53,456 nt of DNA from Acidimicrobiia bacterium (GCA_035460965.1 DATHWB010000222.1:1-53456), one strand, 5' to 3'. Positions 21,374 to 31,163 are shown, numbered from the stretch's first letter. The notes: generated from the letters alone by a model not told the origin. A program made the numbers and translations.

Positions 21374-24300
21374 CTAGGACGCCTCCGGTCCTGTCCCCGT
21401 CGGAACGGCGTCTGCCGGCCACATCGTCCGGATGAACTCGAGGAGCCCCTCCACGACCGAGCGTGGGGCGGGAAGGAAGATCACACCCTCCGAGGCCCGC
21501 AGCACCGAGCCGCGGGCGATCCGCTGGAGCCGCACTTCCTGGCTGGCGGTCAGGTCGACGGGAGCCAGCCTCACTTCCTGGCGCAGAGCAACGATCTCGT
21601 CCAGGCCGACCCGTATCGCCTCGGCTCGCAGCCGGGCGATCTGCACGAGCGCGGACGCCGGGTGTGGCAGCGGACCGAAGCGGTCCTCCCACTCCTCGAC
21701 CACGTCGTCGATCTCGGCGTCGTTCCCCGCCAGGGCCAAGCGGCGATAGGCCTCCAGTCGGAGGAGTTGGTCGGGCACGTACTCCTCCGGGAGGTGAGCG
21801 TCGACCGGCAGGTCGATCCGGACCTCGGCCTCCCGCGGAACCGTCTCCCTTCCTTCGAGTTCGTCCACCGCCTCGGCCACCAACTCGGCGTAGAGATCGA
21901 AGCCGACCGCGCTGATGTGCCCGGACTGCACCTCACCCAGGATCGAGCCCGCCCCCCGGATCTCCAGGTCGCGCAACGCCAGCTGGAAACCCGACCCGAG
22001 GTCCGTGGCCTCGCCGATGGCCTCCAGGCGCCGGTGCGCCTCCTCCGTGAGTGACTGGTCGGGTGGGTGGAACAGGTAGGCGTACGCCCGCTGGTCGGAG
22101 CGACCGACGCGGCCCCGCAGCTGGTAGAGCTGGGCGAGTCCCAACAGATCGGCGCGTTCGACGATCAGGGTGTTCACCTGCGGCAGGTCGAGCCCCGACT
22201 CGATGATCGTGGTGGCGACCATCACGTCGTACTGCCGGTCCCAGAAGTCGATCATCACCTGTTCGAGGCGCCCTTCGGACATCTGACCGTGGGCCACCGT
22301 GTAGCGGGCGTCCGGCACCAGTTCCTGCAGACGCGCCACCGCCCGATCGATGGACTGCACCCGGTTGTGCACGTAGAAGACCTGGCCCTCCCGCAGCAGC
22401 TCGCGACGGATGGCGGCCGCCACGGTCTGATCGTCGAACGGACCCACATAGGTGAGGATCGGGTGCCGGTCCTCGGGGGGTGTGCGGATGTGGCTGACGT
22501 CACGGATACCGGTGAGGGCCATCTCGAGAGTCCGGGGGATGGGCGTCGCCGTGAGGGTCAGCACGTCGACGCCCACTCGCAGTCGTTTGATGGCGTCCTT
22601 GGCGGAGACTCCGAACCGCTGCTCCTCGTCGATCACCAGCAGGCCCAGGTCCTTGAACCGAATGTCCTGGGACAACAGGCGGTGGGTCCCGATCACCACG
22701 TCGATCTCGCCTGTGGCGAGTCGGTCGACCACCGCCTTGGCCTCCTTCGCCGTGAGGAATCTGGACAGCATGGCGACTTCGACCGGATAGGGCGCGAACC
22801 GCTCGGAAAACGTCTGGAAGTGCTGGCGCGCCAGCAGGGTGGTGGGACACAGGATGGCAATCTGTTTTCCCGAGGCCGCGGCCTTGAAAGCGGCCCGGAT
22901 GGCGACCTCGGTCTTGCCGAATCCCACATCGCCGAAGACCAGCCGGTCCATGGGCCGCTCCCCCTCCATGTCCGCCTTGACGTCGGCCACCGCCGTCAGC
23001 TGATCCGGCGTCTCCTCGAAGGGGAAGGCTCCCTCCATCTCCCGCTGCCACGGGGTGTCGGGGGCGTAGGCGTGCCCGGCGGCTGCCGCCCGCGCCCGGT
23101 GGAGCCGTACCACCGCCTCGGCGACGGCCGCCACCGCCCTCCGCACCCTCGAGCGGGTGTCCGACCAGTCCTTGCCCCCCATCCGAGACACCTTGGGTGC
23201 CTCTCCGCCCGTGTACTTCTTGACCGCAGCCAGCTGGTCGGTGGGCACGTACAGGCGGTCCTCGCCGGCGTAGGCCACCACCAGGTAGTCGCGCTCGACC
23301 CCGGCCATCGTTCGGCTGACCATCCCCTCGAAGCGACCGATGCCGTGCTTGTGATGGACGACGAAGTCACCCGGACGCAGATCTCGATACTCCGACCCGG
23401 CGTGCGCCCTCCTGCGCGAGGCCACGCGGCGATGGGACCGACGACGACCGGCGATCTCCTGTTCCCCGAGCACCGCCACTCCGAGATCCGGTATGACGAA
23501 CCCGCGATGGATCCCGACGGGGATGATGGCGGCACCGGACCCGGTGAGGGTGGCGACCCGTTCGATCGCCAGACCCTGTTCACCCAGCAGGCGCGCCGCC
23601 CGGTCCGCCGCCGGGACTCCGTCCATTGCGATGACGGGCGTGATGCCCTTGGAGAGGAGACGTTGCAGGCCGGCGGTGACGGACTCGACGTCCCCGGGGG
23701 TGGCGTCGAAGCCGGGAGCAGACAGCCGCGCGTCCTCCGGACCGACCGGTGTGCCCGGCATCTGCAGATGCTCGCGGTCGGACAACCGCCGCTCGAGGTC
23801 CAGGAACAGGGCCGGGTGCTCCCCCGCCTCCGGGGCCCCGTGGCCCCAGGTCGGGGCCAGCGCAGCAGCCAAGTCGTCTTCCTCCTTGCGCAGGTCCCGG
23901 GCCCGATCGAAGGCGCGGGTGGGGTCGAGCACGACGACCGCCGCGTGGTCGGCCTCGTCGAGCACGGTCCGCTCAGGCGCCAGCCACGGCATCCAGGACT
24001 CCATACCCGCGAACTGCTGATACTGGGCGAGTCGCTCCCACACCGAGGCGTTCCACGCCTCCCGACCGACCAGCGCCTCCGCACGTCCGGCGACGTCCGC
24101 ATCCGATCGGAACTCCCGTGCCGGGTACACGTCGACGGACTCGGCCCGCTCCTGGGATCGCTGATCCCCGACCGAGAAGACACGAATCTCATCGATCACG
24201 TCTCCCCACATGTCGAGGCGTACCGGTTCTTCCGCCTGGGCGGGGAAGACGTCGATGATGCCGCCGCGGATGGCGAACTCGCCCCGTGCCTCCACCCGAT

Positions 24301-24763
24301 CGGTGCGATCGTATCCGGCGACGACGAGGCGGTCTGCGAGGTTCGACACGTCGACCTCGGCTCCTTCCCGCAGATGGATCGGGGAGGGGTCGGATGGCGA
24401 CAGACGCTGGATGGCAGCCCGCACGGAGGCCACGACCACCGTGCCGGCGCCTCCCGCAGCGAGACGGTGCCTGGCCCTCGCCCGCCTCGCCATCGTGGCT
24501 GCGTTGGGAGACAGGTGCTCGAACGGCAGCGTCTCCCAGGCAGGCAGCAGCGTGACGTCGTCGACGAACAGGGCGATGTCGTCCGCCAGGTCCTCGGCAT
24601 CGCGTTCTCCCGGCGTGACGACGAGGAGCGGCACCGCCGATCGCGATGCCAATCCGGCCAACGCGAACGCCCGCGCCCCCGGCGGCACCACCCACCGTCC
24701 TGACGGGTCGGGAGGCGGATGCCGCTTCCAGGCGGTCACGAGGGGGGAGAGCGGGGCGGACAC
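21374..24763 (-). CDS. mfd: Transcription-repair coupling factor
   Basis: UvrB-homology N-terminal region, CarD/RNAP-interacting region (GDFVVHHKHGIGRFEG), DEAD/helicase motifs (GDVGFGKTEV, VIDEEQRFG, ATPIPRT) and a TRG motif region. Start chosen at GTG 24763, 25 nt after the upstream stop. Confidence 0.95.
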   Translation of the reverse strand: MSAPLSPLVTAWKRHPPPDPSGRWVVPPGARAFALAGLASRSAVPLLVVTPGERDAEDLADDIALFVDDVTLLPAWETLPFEHLSPNAATMARRARARHRLAAGGAGTVVVASVRAAIQRLSPSDPSPIHLREGAEVDVSNLADRLVVAGYDRTDRVEARGEFAIRGGIIDVFPAQAEEPVRLDMWGDVIDEIRVFSVGDQRSQERAESVDVYPAREFRSDADVAGRAEALVGREAWNASVWERLAQYQQFAGMESWMPWLAPERTVLDEADHAAVVVLDPTRAFDRARDLRKEEDDLAAALAPTWGHGAPEAGEHPALFLDLERRLSDREHLQMPGTPVGPEDARLSAPGFDATPGDVESVTAGLQRLLSKGITPVIAMDGVPAADRAARLLGEQGLAIERVATLTGSGAAIIPVGIHRGFVIPDLGVAVLGEQEIAGRRRSHRRVASRRRAHAGSEYRDLRPGDFVVHHKHGIGRFEGMVSRTMAGVERDYLVVAYAGEDRLYVPTDQLAAVKKYTGGEAPKVSRMGGKDWSDTRSRVRRAVAAVAEAVVRLHRARAAAAGHAYAPDTPWQREMEGAFPFEETPDQLTAVADVKADMEGERPMDRLVFGDVGFGKTEVAIRAAFKAAASGKQIAILCPTTLLARQHFQTFSERFAPYPVEVAMLSRFLTAKEAKAVVDRLATGEIDVVIGTHRLLSQDIRFKDLGLLVIDEEQRFGVSAKDAIKRLRVGVDVLTLTATPIPRTLEMALTGIRDVSHIRTPPEDRHPILTYVGPFDDQTVAAAIRRELLREGQVFYVHNRVQSIDRAVARLQELVPDARYTVAHGQMSEGRLEQVMIDFWDRQYDVMVATTIIESGLDLPQVNTLIVERADLLGLAQLYQLRGRVGRSDQRAYAYLFHPPDQSLTEEAHRRLEAIGEATDLGSGFQLALRDLEIRGAGSILGEVQSGHISAVGFDLYAELVAEAVDELEGRETVPREAEVRIDLPVDAHLPEEYVPDQLLRLEAYRRLALAGNDAEIDDVVEEWEDRFGPLPHPASALVQIARLRAEAIRVGLDEIVALRQEVRLAPVDLTASQEVRLQRIARGSVLRASEGVIFLPAPRSVVEGLLEFIRTMWPADAVPTGTGPEAS

Positions 24764-24788
24764 GAGCGACGTGATCGTAGAGGCGGCG

Positions 24789-26624
24789 TCAGGGCGCCGA
24801 GCGAACGACCTGCTCGACCACCACCGACAACTCGATCGGCCGGCCGAATCGCATCTCCAGGCCGCGCTCGACCGACGCCACCTGAGCAGGTGTGATCTCC
24901 CGATCGGTGCGCAGCGTCGCCAGGAGGCGGATCGGGTCGCCTGCCTCGTAGTCGAGATCCACCACCTCGGCTTGGGGAAACACCCCGGCCAGGTCCTGCT
25001 CGGCGATGACGGCCGCACGCGCCTCCTGGACGGCGTCCAGCACCATCAAGACCATGACGAGCGTGAGCACTCCGACGATCACAGCCGACACGGCATGACG
25101 CCGCTGCCGCAAGTCCTTCGTCTCCGGTCCCATACCGAACCAGAGGAACACCCCGCATCCAACCACCGCCACCGACACCACGTTCGTCAGGAAGAGCAGG
25201 GTCGCCCCGAACGCCAGGTCGGGTTCGCCGATGGAGAGCCCCAGCCCGATCGTGCACAGCGGAGGAACCAACGCCGCGGCGATGGCGACGCCGGCCAATG
25301 CCGCCGGGATCTCCTTGCGCGCCGTGGCGTACGCCCCCACCGCGCCGGCTGCCAGCGCCACCCCGGCGTCCAGCAACGTGGGACTGCCTCGCGCCAGCAT
25401 CTCCGTGGTCGGCGACTCGAGCGGAACCACCAGCCCCAGTAGCCAACCGCACAGGACGGAGATCCCCGCCCCCACCAGCACCGATGTGGACGCCCGACGG
25501 GCCAATCGGAGGCGAGCCGTCACCAGCCCCACGGAGATCGCCGTCAGAGGCCCCAGTAACGGAGCGACAAGCATCGCCCCGATGACCACCGCGGGTGAGT
25601 TCTGCAGGAGCCCGAACGAAGCCAGGAGCCCGGAGACGGCGTTGAGGAGAACGAAGTCGAGGCCGATCCCGGCCAGGCGCTCACTCTGCCAGGTGACGGC
25701 ATCCTGCTCGAGGCTGGTGAGCTTGGGCCGGATACGGCTGAGGACGCCGGCCAGCGTCCTGCCCTCGACCTTGCGGGCCACGGTGAGCACGGGACCCGGG
25801 GCGTTGCGCAGCACCTCCGTCGCCGCCGCCCGGTCACCCCACTGCAGGACGTGCTTGCCCACGTTGGCGCCGACGATCACCAGGTCGGTCTCGGCGACTC
25901 GGGTGAGGATCCCGCGGCTCACGTCGTTCGCCACCACCAGCTCCCGCGTGCACACCGAGGAGCCTTCCACGCCGTCCAGGCTGCGCTCGATCGTGGCCAG
26001 GCCCAAGGCCCTCGGCACCTCGCTGCCCTGCACATGGACCACGTGCACCCGCGCCCCCAACGAGGACGCGATGAGCAACCCGACTCGAACTGCGGCCCGG
26101 GACTCGTCTGAACCGTCCACGGCCACCACCACTCGCTTGACCGTCGCCAGCGGACCCGACGCCCTCGGCGGCATCCGCACGACGACCACGTCGGCGGTGG
26201 CCGTCGACATGACCGACTCGACGATCGGGCCGAGCGAGATGTCTCCCTTGCGGGTCTGGCGCACGCCCAGCAGGATCATGTCGGCGCCCATCTCGGCCGC
26301 CGTGTCCAGGATCCCCCGCGCCACGGTCGAGCCGGACCTGGTGGCCATCTCGAAGGACACGCCGGGCACCCACCCGGTCCCCGACACCAGATCCTCCAGC
26401 CGCTCGAGCACATCCCGCTGCTCCTCGGCGGAGGTCTCGTCGGTCACCACGGCCAGCGCCACCACCCTTCCCTCCTCGACGTCGGCGAGGCTGGCGGCGA
26501 GGGCCAGGAGGGCGGGGGCGGTCTCCGGGTTGGCGATCGGGACCACGATCGTCCTGGCGCGGTCGGGTACCGGGACGCTGCCGTTCCGGCGGTCCGGTCC
26601 GTCGGACGCCTGGATCACCGTCAC
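24789..26624 (-). CDS. Fusion protein: two universal-stress-protein (Usp) domains plus a DUF389 (TIGR00341-like) integral membrane domain
   Basis: Usp 1 is TIVVPIANPE...ADVVVVR and Usp 2 is RVVVAVDGSDES...GPVLTVARK. These are followed by LDFVLLNAVSGLLASFGLLQNSPAVVIGAMLVAPLLGPL... with about 6 TM segments. GTG 26624 overlaps the thioesterase stop. Confidence 0.8.
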   Translation of the reverse strand: MTVIQASDGPDRRNGSVPVPDRARTIVVPIANPETAPALLALAASLADVEEGRVVALAVVTDETSAEEQRDVLERLEDLVSGTGWVPGVSFEMATRSGSTVARGILDTAAEMGADMILLGVRQTRKGDISLGPIVESVMSTATADVVVVRMPPRASGPLATVKRVVVAVDGSDESRAAVRVGLLIASSLGARVHVVHVQGSEVPRALGLATIERSLDGVEGSSVCTRELVVANDVSRGILTRVAETDLVIVGANVGKHVLQWGDRAAATEVLRNAPGPVLTVARKVEGRTLAGVLSRIRPKLTSLEQDAVTWQSERLAGIGLDFVLLNAVSGLLASFGLLQNSPAVVIGAMLVAPLLGPLTAISVGLVTARLRLARRASTSVLVGAGISVLCGWLLGLVVPLESPTTEMLARGSPTLLDAGVALAAGAVGAYATARKEIPAALAGVAIAAALVPPLCTIGLGLSIGEPDLAFGATLLFLTNVVSVAVVGCGVFLWFGMGPETKDLRQRRHAVSAVIVGVLTLVMVLMVLDAVQEARAAVIAEQDLAGVFPQAEVVDLDYEAGDPIRLLATLRTDREITPAQVASVERGLEMRFGRPIELSVVVEQVVRSAP

Positions 26625-27043
26625 CGTTGCCCCAGCAGCGCGTAACCGCCGGTGGCATGGGCCACCAGTCGATCGTCCCCCTGCACCCGCAGTTCGACAC
26701 GCCCGGTGATGCGGGATCGCCCCGACCGCAGCAGGAACGCCTCGGCCGTCAGGTCCCCGCCTGAGGCGGGACGGAGGAAGGTGATCGACAGGTCCGACGT
26801 GACGGCCATCGGCTGGAGCCCGACCACCGTGAACGAGAGGTACCACAACGCCAGATCGGCCGCGGCGAACTGGGTCGGACCCGAGATCAGGCCGCCGGGG
26901 CGCAGCTCGGCGGGGTCGAGCGTCCAGTGCGCCGCGGCGTGGCCCTCCTCCATGACCGTGCACCGGTAGCCGGCCCGTGCCATCGCCGGGTAGATGTCTG
27001 CCACGAACCGATCCACCTCGTCAGGTGTCGGCGGCGAAGCCAT
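26621..27043 (-). CDS. Hotdog-fold thioesterase (PaaI/YigI-like)
   Basis: 140 aa. ...GLISGPTQFAAADLALWY...SDLSITFLRPA... resembles PaaI-type hotdog proteins. Confidence 0.75.
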   Translation of the reverse strand: MASPPTPDEVDRFVADIYPAMARAGYRCTVMEEGHAAAHWTLDPAELRPGGLISGPTQFAAADLALWYLSFTVVGLQPMAVTSDLSITFLRPASGGDLTAEAFLLRSGRSRITGRVELRVQGDDRLVAHATGGYALLGQR

Positions 27044-27925
27044 TCAGTACCCCCTCGAGCGATCGACCTGGCCGACGAGCGGTTCGCCGTCGGTGAAGCG
27101 TGCCAGATTCGCCAGGAATGCGGGCACCACGTCCTGCGGAAGACTGTGGGCGGCGGTGTGGCCGGTGACGAGGATGCCGGGGGTCGTCCAGGCGGGGTGG
27201 TCTGACGGCAGCGGCTCCGGGTCCGTGACGTCCAGCACGGCGAGCCCCACTCGACCGTCGATCACGGCCCCGATCACGTCCTCGGTGACGACCGTGGCTC
27301 CCCGGCCGACGTTGATCAGGGTTGCGCCGACCGCCAGCCGGTTCAGCACGGACCGGTCGACCAGGCGTGCAGTCTCGGCGGTGGCCGGCAATACGACCAC
27401 CAGGTGGTCGAGCCCGTCGGCGAAGGCGCCGATGGTCCCGGTGTCGTACATCTCGTCGAACGACGGATGCGGCTCCATCGACCTCCGGCAGCCACGCACG
27501 ATCATCCCGAATGCCCTCCCGGCGTCTGCCACCGCCGTGCCGATCGAGCCGGTTCCCAGCACTCCGAGGGTCGACCCCCGCAACAGGGAGGGCAGGGTCT
27601 CGTCCCACCGGCGGGTGGCGTACCGCTCGGGGATCCGCTGTGTCCGCCCCAACAGGTGCCCGAACACGAACTCGACGATCTGCGGGCCGAAGACGCCGGT
27701 CATGGCGGTCACGGGCACGTCTTCGGGTATGCGCGACCAGTCGAGCCCGTCGACGCCCGCCCACGTCGACTGGATCCATCTCACACCGGCCAGGTCGAGG
27801 GAGTCGACGAGCCGGGGGTCGGCAAACACCACCTCGCCGCCCTCTTCGACCACGTCCACCCCCGCCTCCTCCAGCATCTCCCGGTACAGATGCTGGCGGG
27901 CGGATGCCACCCGTACCGACGTCAC
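27044..27925 (-). CDS. D-isomer-specific 2-hydroxyacid dehydrogenase family protein
   Basis: GVLGTGSIGTAVA (GxGxxG), LINVGRG, and the His/Glu region ...ILVTGHTAA. GTG 27925 overlaps the upstream stop (GTGA). Confidence 0.85.
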   Translation of the reverse strand: MTSVRVASARQHLYREMLEEAGVDVVEEGGEVVFADPRLVDSLDLAGVRWIQSTWAGVDGLDWSRIPEDVPVTAMTGVFGPQIVEFVFGHLLGRTQRIPERYATRRWDETLPSLLRGSTLGVLGTGSIGTAVADAGRAFGMIVRGCRRSMEPHPSFDEMYDTGTIGAFADGLDHLVVVLPATAETARLVDRSVLNRLAVGATLINVGRGATVVTEDVIGAVIDGRVGLAVLDVTDPEPLPSDHPAWTTPGILVTGHTAAHSLPQDVVPAFLANLARFTDGEPLVGQVDRSRGY

Positions 27926-28890
27926 AACATCCCCTCCGATCGAAACCAGTCCACCAGTCGGGTCAGCAGGTCCTCGGGCGAGGCGTAGTCGATCCCCAAC
28001 TCCGCCCGGGCCCTGGATCCGTCGTACGCGTGACCGTGACGCAGCGTGCGCACCATCTCCCGACACACGGGTGGTTGCCGACGCATGAGGCGTCCCGCCG
28101 TCTCCACCCCGGCCGCACCGATCATCGCCAGCCACGCCGGGATCCAACGGACGGACAGGCTGTGGCCTACCACGCCTTCCAGCAGCGTCACGGCGCCTCG
28201 CATCGACACCGTGAACGAGTTGAGCAGATATCGCTCCCCCGGTACCCCGCGCTCCGCGGCGGCGAGGTGACCGCGGGCACAGTCGTCGATGTCGACGATC
28301 GAGAGCCGCGTGTCGATGAGCGCCGGCAGTCGCCCTCGCAGGAGGTCGAGGATGAGGGCGCCAGTACCGGTGGCCCTCCCGGGACCTTGCACCGAGGACG
28401 GGTTGACGCACACGACCTCGACCCCGTCCGCCTCCTCCCCGACCGCCAGCTCTCCGAGGTGCTTCGAGCGTTCGTAGTGGGACAGGTACCAGCCGCGGTG
28501 AGGTGACGATTCGGTGCCGATCGTCCCCGGCTCCTCCCCGATGGCGGCCGCCGACGAGGTGTGCACCACACGGCGAACTCCCGCCCGACGGGCGGCGCGC
28601 ATCACTTCCCTGGCGCCATCCACGTTCACGCGGTCGAGTCGGGTCGGATCCCGGGGACACATCGTGTTCAGCCCGGCGACATGGAAGACGAGGTCGGCGC
28701 CGGCGAACGCCGAGGCGAGCGATGCACCATCGAGGATGTCGCCCCGGATCGGCTCGCACCCGATGCGACCGAGGGCGGCATCGCCATCCGCCCCCCGCGA
28801 CAGCCCCGACACCGTGTATCCCGCGGCCACCAGGTGACGGACGACAGCAGTGCCCACCACACCCGTGCCACCGGTGACGACCGTCCTCAC
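27922..28890 (-). CDS. NAD-dependent epimerase/dehydratase (extended SDR, HpnA/DFR-like)
   Basis: VRTVVTGGTGVVGTAVVRHL...HTSS...YERSKHLGE (YxxxK). GTG 28890 overlaps the pgsA stop (GTGA). Confidence 0.85.
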   Translation of the reverse strand: MRTVVTGGTGVVGTAVVRHLVAAGYTVSGLSRGADGDAALGRIGCEPIRGDILDGASLASAFAGADLVFHVAGLNTMCPRDPTRLDRVNVDGAREVMRAARRAGVRRVVHTSSAAAIGEEPGTIGTESSPHRGWYLSHYERSKHLGELAVGEEADGVEVVCVNPSSVQGPGRATGTGALILDLLRGRLPALIDTRLSIVDIDDCARGHLAAAERGVPGERYLLNSFTVSMRGAVTLLEGVVGHSLSVRWIPAWLAMIGAAGVETAGRLMRRQPPVCREMVRTLRHGHAYDGSRARAELGIDYASPEDLLTRLVDWFRSEGML

Positions 28891-29444
28891 GTGGCTCGGG
28901 AGCGGGACGCCCGAACCGTCTCCATGAAGACGGCGACGTACTGCCAGCCGGAGGCGATCGTGACCGCGACGGCCACCCACATGGCCCACTGGTCGAGGTA
29001 CAGCGGCCCCCACGGCTCCGGCAGCCGCATGAATGCCAGACCGATGGCGGCGAACTGCGCCGCCGCCTTGATCTTCCCCCAGGTCGACGGCGGGATCAGC
29101 GACCCCGTGATCGCCACGAGGCCCCGCAGCGCCATCACCACGAACTCGCGCATGACGATGATCACGGCCGCCCAGATCGACACCCGGTCGACCGACACGA
29201 GGGCGAACAACGTGCCGGTCACCAGCAGCTTGTCGGCCGTCGTGTCGAGGAACGCACCGAGGGTGCTGGTCGTCCCCATCCGCCGCGCCAGGTAACCGTC
29301 GAGGAAGTCCGTCAGGGCGGCCACACCGAAGAGGACGGCGGCATACCCGAACGCATGCTCCAACCGATCGGCACTCCTGACGAGGACCATGATGACGGGC
29401 ACCAGGATCACCCGAGCGATGGCGAGCTGATCCGGGACGGTGAT
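28887..29444 (-). CDS. pgsA: CDP-alcohol phosphatidyltransferase (PgsA/PIP-synthase-like); proposed AUC start
   Basis: DFLDGYLARRMGTTSTLGAFLDTTADK matches D-G-x2-A-R-x8-G-x3-D-x3-D. The track ORF starts at GTG 29411, but the conserved N-terminal motif TVPDQLAIARVILVP lies upstream in frame. The only start-like codon there is ATC 29444, 6 nt after GGAGG. Confidence 0.8.
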   Translation of the reverse strand: MTVPDQLAIARVILVPVIMVLVRSADRLEHAFGYAAVLFGVAALTDFLDGYLARRMGTTSTLGAFLDTTADKLLVTGTLFALVSVDRVSIWAAVIIVMREFVVMALRGLVAITGSLIPPSTWGKIKAAAQFAAIGLAFMRLPEPWGPLYLDQWAMWVAVAVTIASGWQYVAVFMETVRASRSRAT

Positions 29445-29527
29445 GTGAGACCTCCAACGGCGGCGGGACGGCGATTGTACGCGAGCCGTGTGTTGGGATC
29501 GCCTCCGTCCGCCGGTAGTTTCCGGGC

Positions 29528-31159
29528 GTGACCGACGGGTGGAGCCGGACCGACCATCACCGCAGGTTGGAGCGGTCCTTCGACGTCGCGGTGATCGGCG
29601 GGGGGATCACCGGCGCCGGCGCCGCCCTCGACCTGGCCGCCAGGGGGCTCGAGGTCATCGTCCTCGAACGGTCCGACTTCGCCCAAGGGACATCGTCGCG
29701 ATCGACCAAGTTGTTCCACGGGGGGATCCGCTACCTCCCACAATTCCACCTCGGAATGGTGTCCGAGGGGCTGCGCGAGCAGAAGGTCCTCGCTCGCGTC
29801 GCCGACTTCCTCTTCCACCCGCTGGAATTCGTGATTCCGCTGTACGCCCAGTACGGGATCGCCGGGGCACCCTCTTGGGCTGCGCAGGGATGGGCGGCAC
29901 CCCTGGCCCTGCGGGCCGGGCTGGTGGCGTACGACGTGCTCGGGGGACCGCGGCGGCCGGGTCGACTTCACCGGGCGGTCTCGGCCGAGCAGCTCCTCGC
30001 CGACTTCCCGATGCTGCGACCGCAGGGACTTGAGCGGGGATTCGTGTACTCGGACGCCCAGACCGACGACGCCCGTCTCGTCATCTCCGTCTTGAAGACA
30101 GCGGTGGTCCGCTACGGCGCCACGGCCGTCAGCCTCCTCGAAGTGTCCTCGTTGCGTCGAACGGACCAGGGCTTCGTCCTCGACGTCCATGACCGACAGT
30201 CAGGAGATCGGTTCGGGATTCATGCCCGGACGGTGCTCTCGGCGGCGGGCGCCTTCGACCCGCCTCCGCTCACCGGGCGCACGTCGGGCTCGAGGGTGGT
30301 GCGATCGAAAGGCACCCACCTCATCGCCGAGCGGAGCGCCCTCGGCATGGGCGACGCGGCACTGGTCCTCCCGGAAACCGACGACGGTCGGGTCCTCTAC
30401 ATCCTCCCCTGGCTCGATCACGCTCTGATCGGCACGACCGACACGCCCTTCGGTGCCGATCCCACCCACCCAACCGCTTCTCCCGATGACGTCGATTACC
30501 TCCTCCGTCATGTACGCCGATACCTCGATGCGGATGCCGTCGAGCCCATCAGCACGTTCGCCGGCCTGCGGGCACTCAAGGACGACGGCACCGGCCGCAC
30601 CTCCACAGCCTCCCGCGAGCACGTGATCGAGCATTCGGTGCCCGGGTACGTGACGGTCGCAGGCGGCAAGCTCACGACGTACCGCCGCATCGCCGGGGAG
30701 GCGGCCGATGCCGTGATGCGCGCCCTCGGCGGGCGGGTCAGATCGTCGACGGACTCGATCCCCCTGATCGGAGCCGGCCCCGATCGCGCCCGACTGCGGC
30801 GCATGCTCACCGACGCGGGGGCCGATCCCGCAGTCGTCGACCCCACGATCGCCCGCAACGGGAGTGACGCCGGGCGGATCGCCGCCGTGATGGCCTCCGA
30901 CCCCGCCTCGACCGCCATGCTGGGTGATCGCCGGTCGTCCCTCGCCGACGTCGTCCACGCAGTCCGCAACGAAGGAGCCTCCCGGATCACCGACGTGACG
31001 CTGCGGCGCACACACCTCGCATGGTTCACCTCCGACCACGGACGCCGGGACGCCCCCCGCATCGCCGACGTGATGGCCGCCGAACTCGGCTGGACGGCGG
31101 GCGAGCGGGAGCGACAACTCGAGGAACACGAAAGGGAACTCGTCGCCGAGGGACTCTGA
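29528..31159 (+). CDS. glpD: FAD-dependent glycerol-3-phosphate dehydrogenase
   Basis: FDVAVIGGGITGAGAALDLAARG...QGTSSRSTKLFHGGIRYL. 543 aa. Confidence 0.9.
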   Translation: MTDGWSRTDHHRRLERSFDVAVIGGGITGAGAALDLAARGLEVIVLERSDFAQGTSSRSTKLFHGGIRYLPQFHLGMVSEGLREQKVLARVADFLFHPLEFVIPLYAQYGIAGAPSWAAQGWAAPLALRAGLVAYDVLGGPRRPGRLHRAVSAEQLLADFPMLRPQGLERGFVYSDAQTDDARLVISVLKTAVVRYGATAVSLLEVSSLRRTDQGFVLDVHDRQSGDRFGIHARTVLSAAGAFDPPPLTGRTSGSRVVRSKGTHLIAERSALGMGDAALVLPETDDGRVLYILPWLDHALIGTTDTPFGADPTHPTASPDDVDYLLRHVRRYLDADAVEPISTFAGLRALKDDGTGRTSTASREHVIEHSVPGYVTVAGGKLTTYRRIAGEAADAVMRALGGRVRSSTDSIPLIGAGPDRARLRRMLTDAGADPAVVDPTIARNGSDAGRIAAVMASDPASTAMLGDRRSSLADVVHAVRNEGASRITDVTLRRTHLAWFTSDHGRRDAPRIADVMAAELGWTAGERERQLEEHERELVAEGL

Positions 31160-31163
31160 CCCT

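Noticed and set aside
22067-24703. 878-aa plus-strand ORF antisense to mfd
   Set aside because: Same reasoning. mfd on the minus strand carries complete helicase and CarD motifs, while the antisense translation is low-complexity (R/G/P/D/H-rich).
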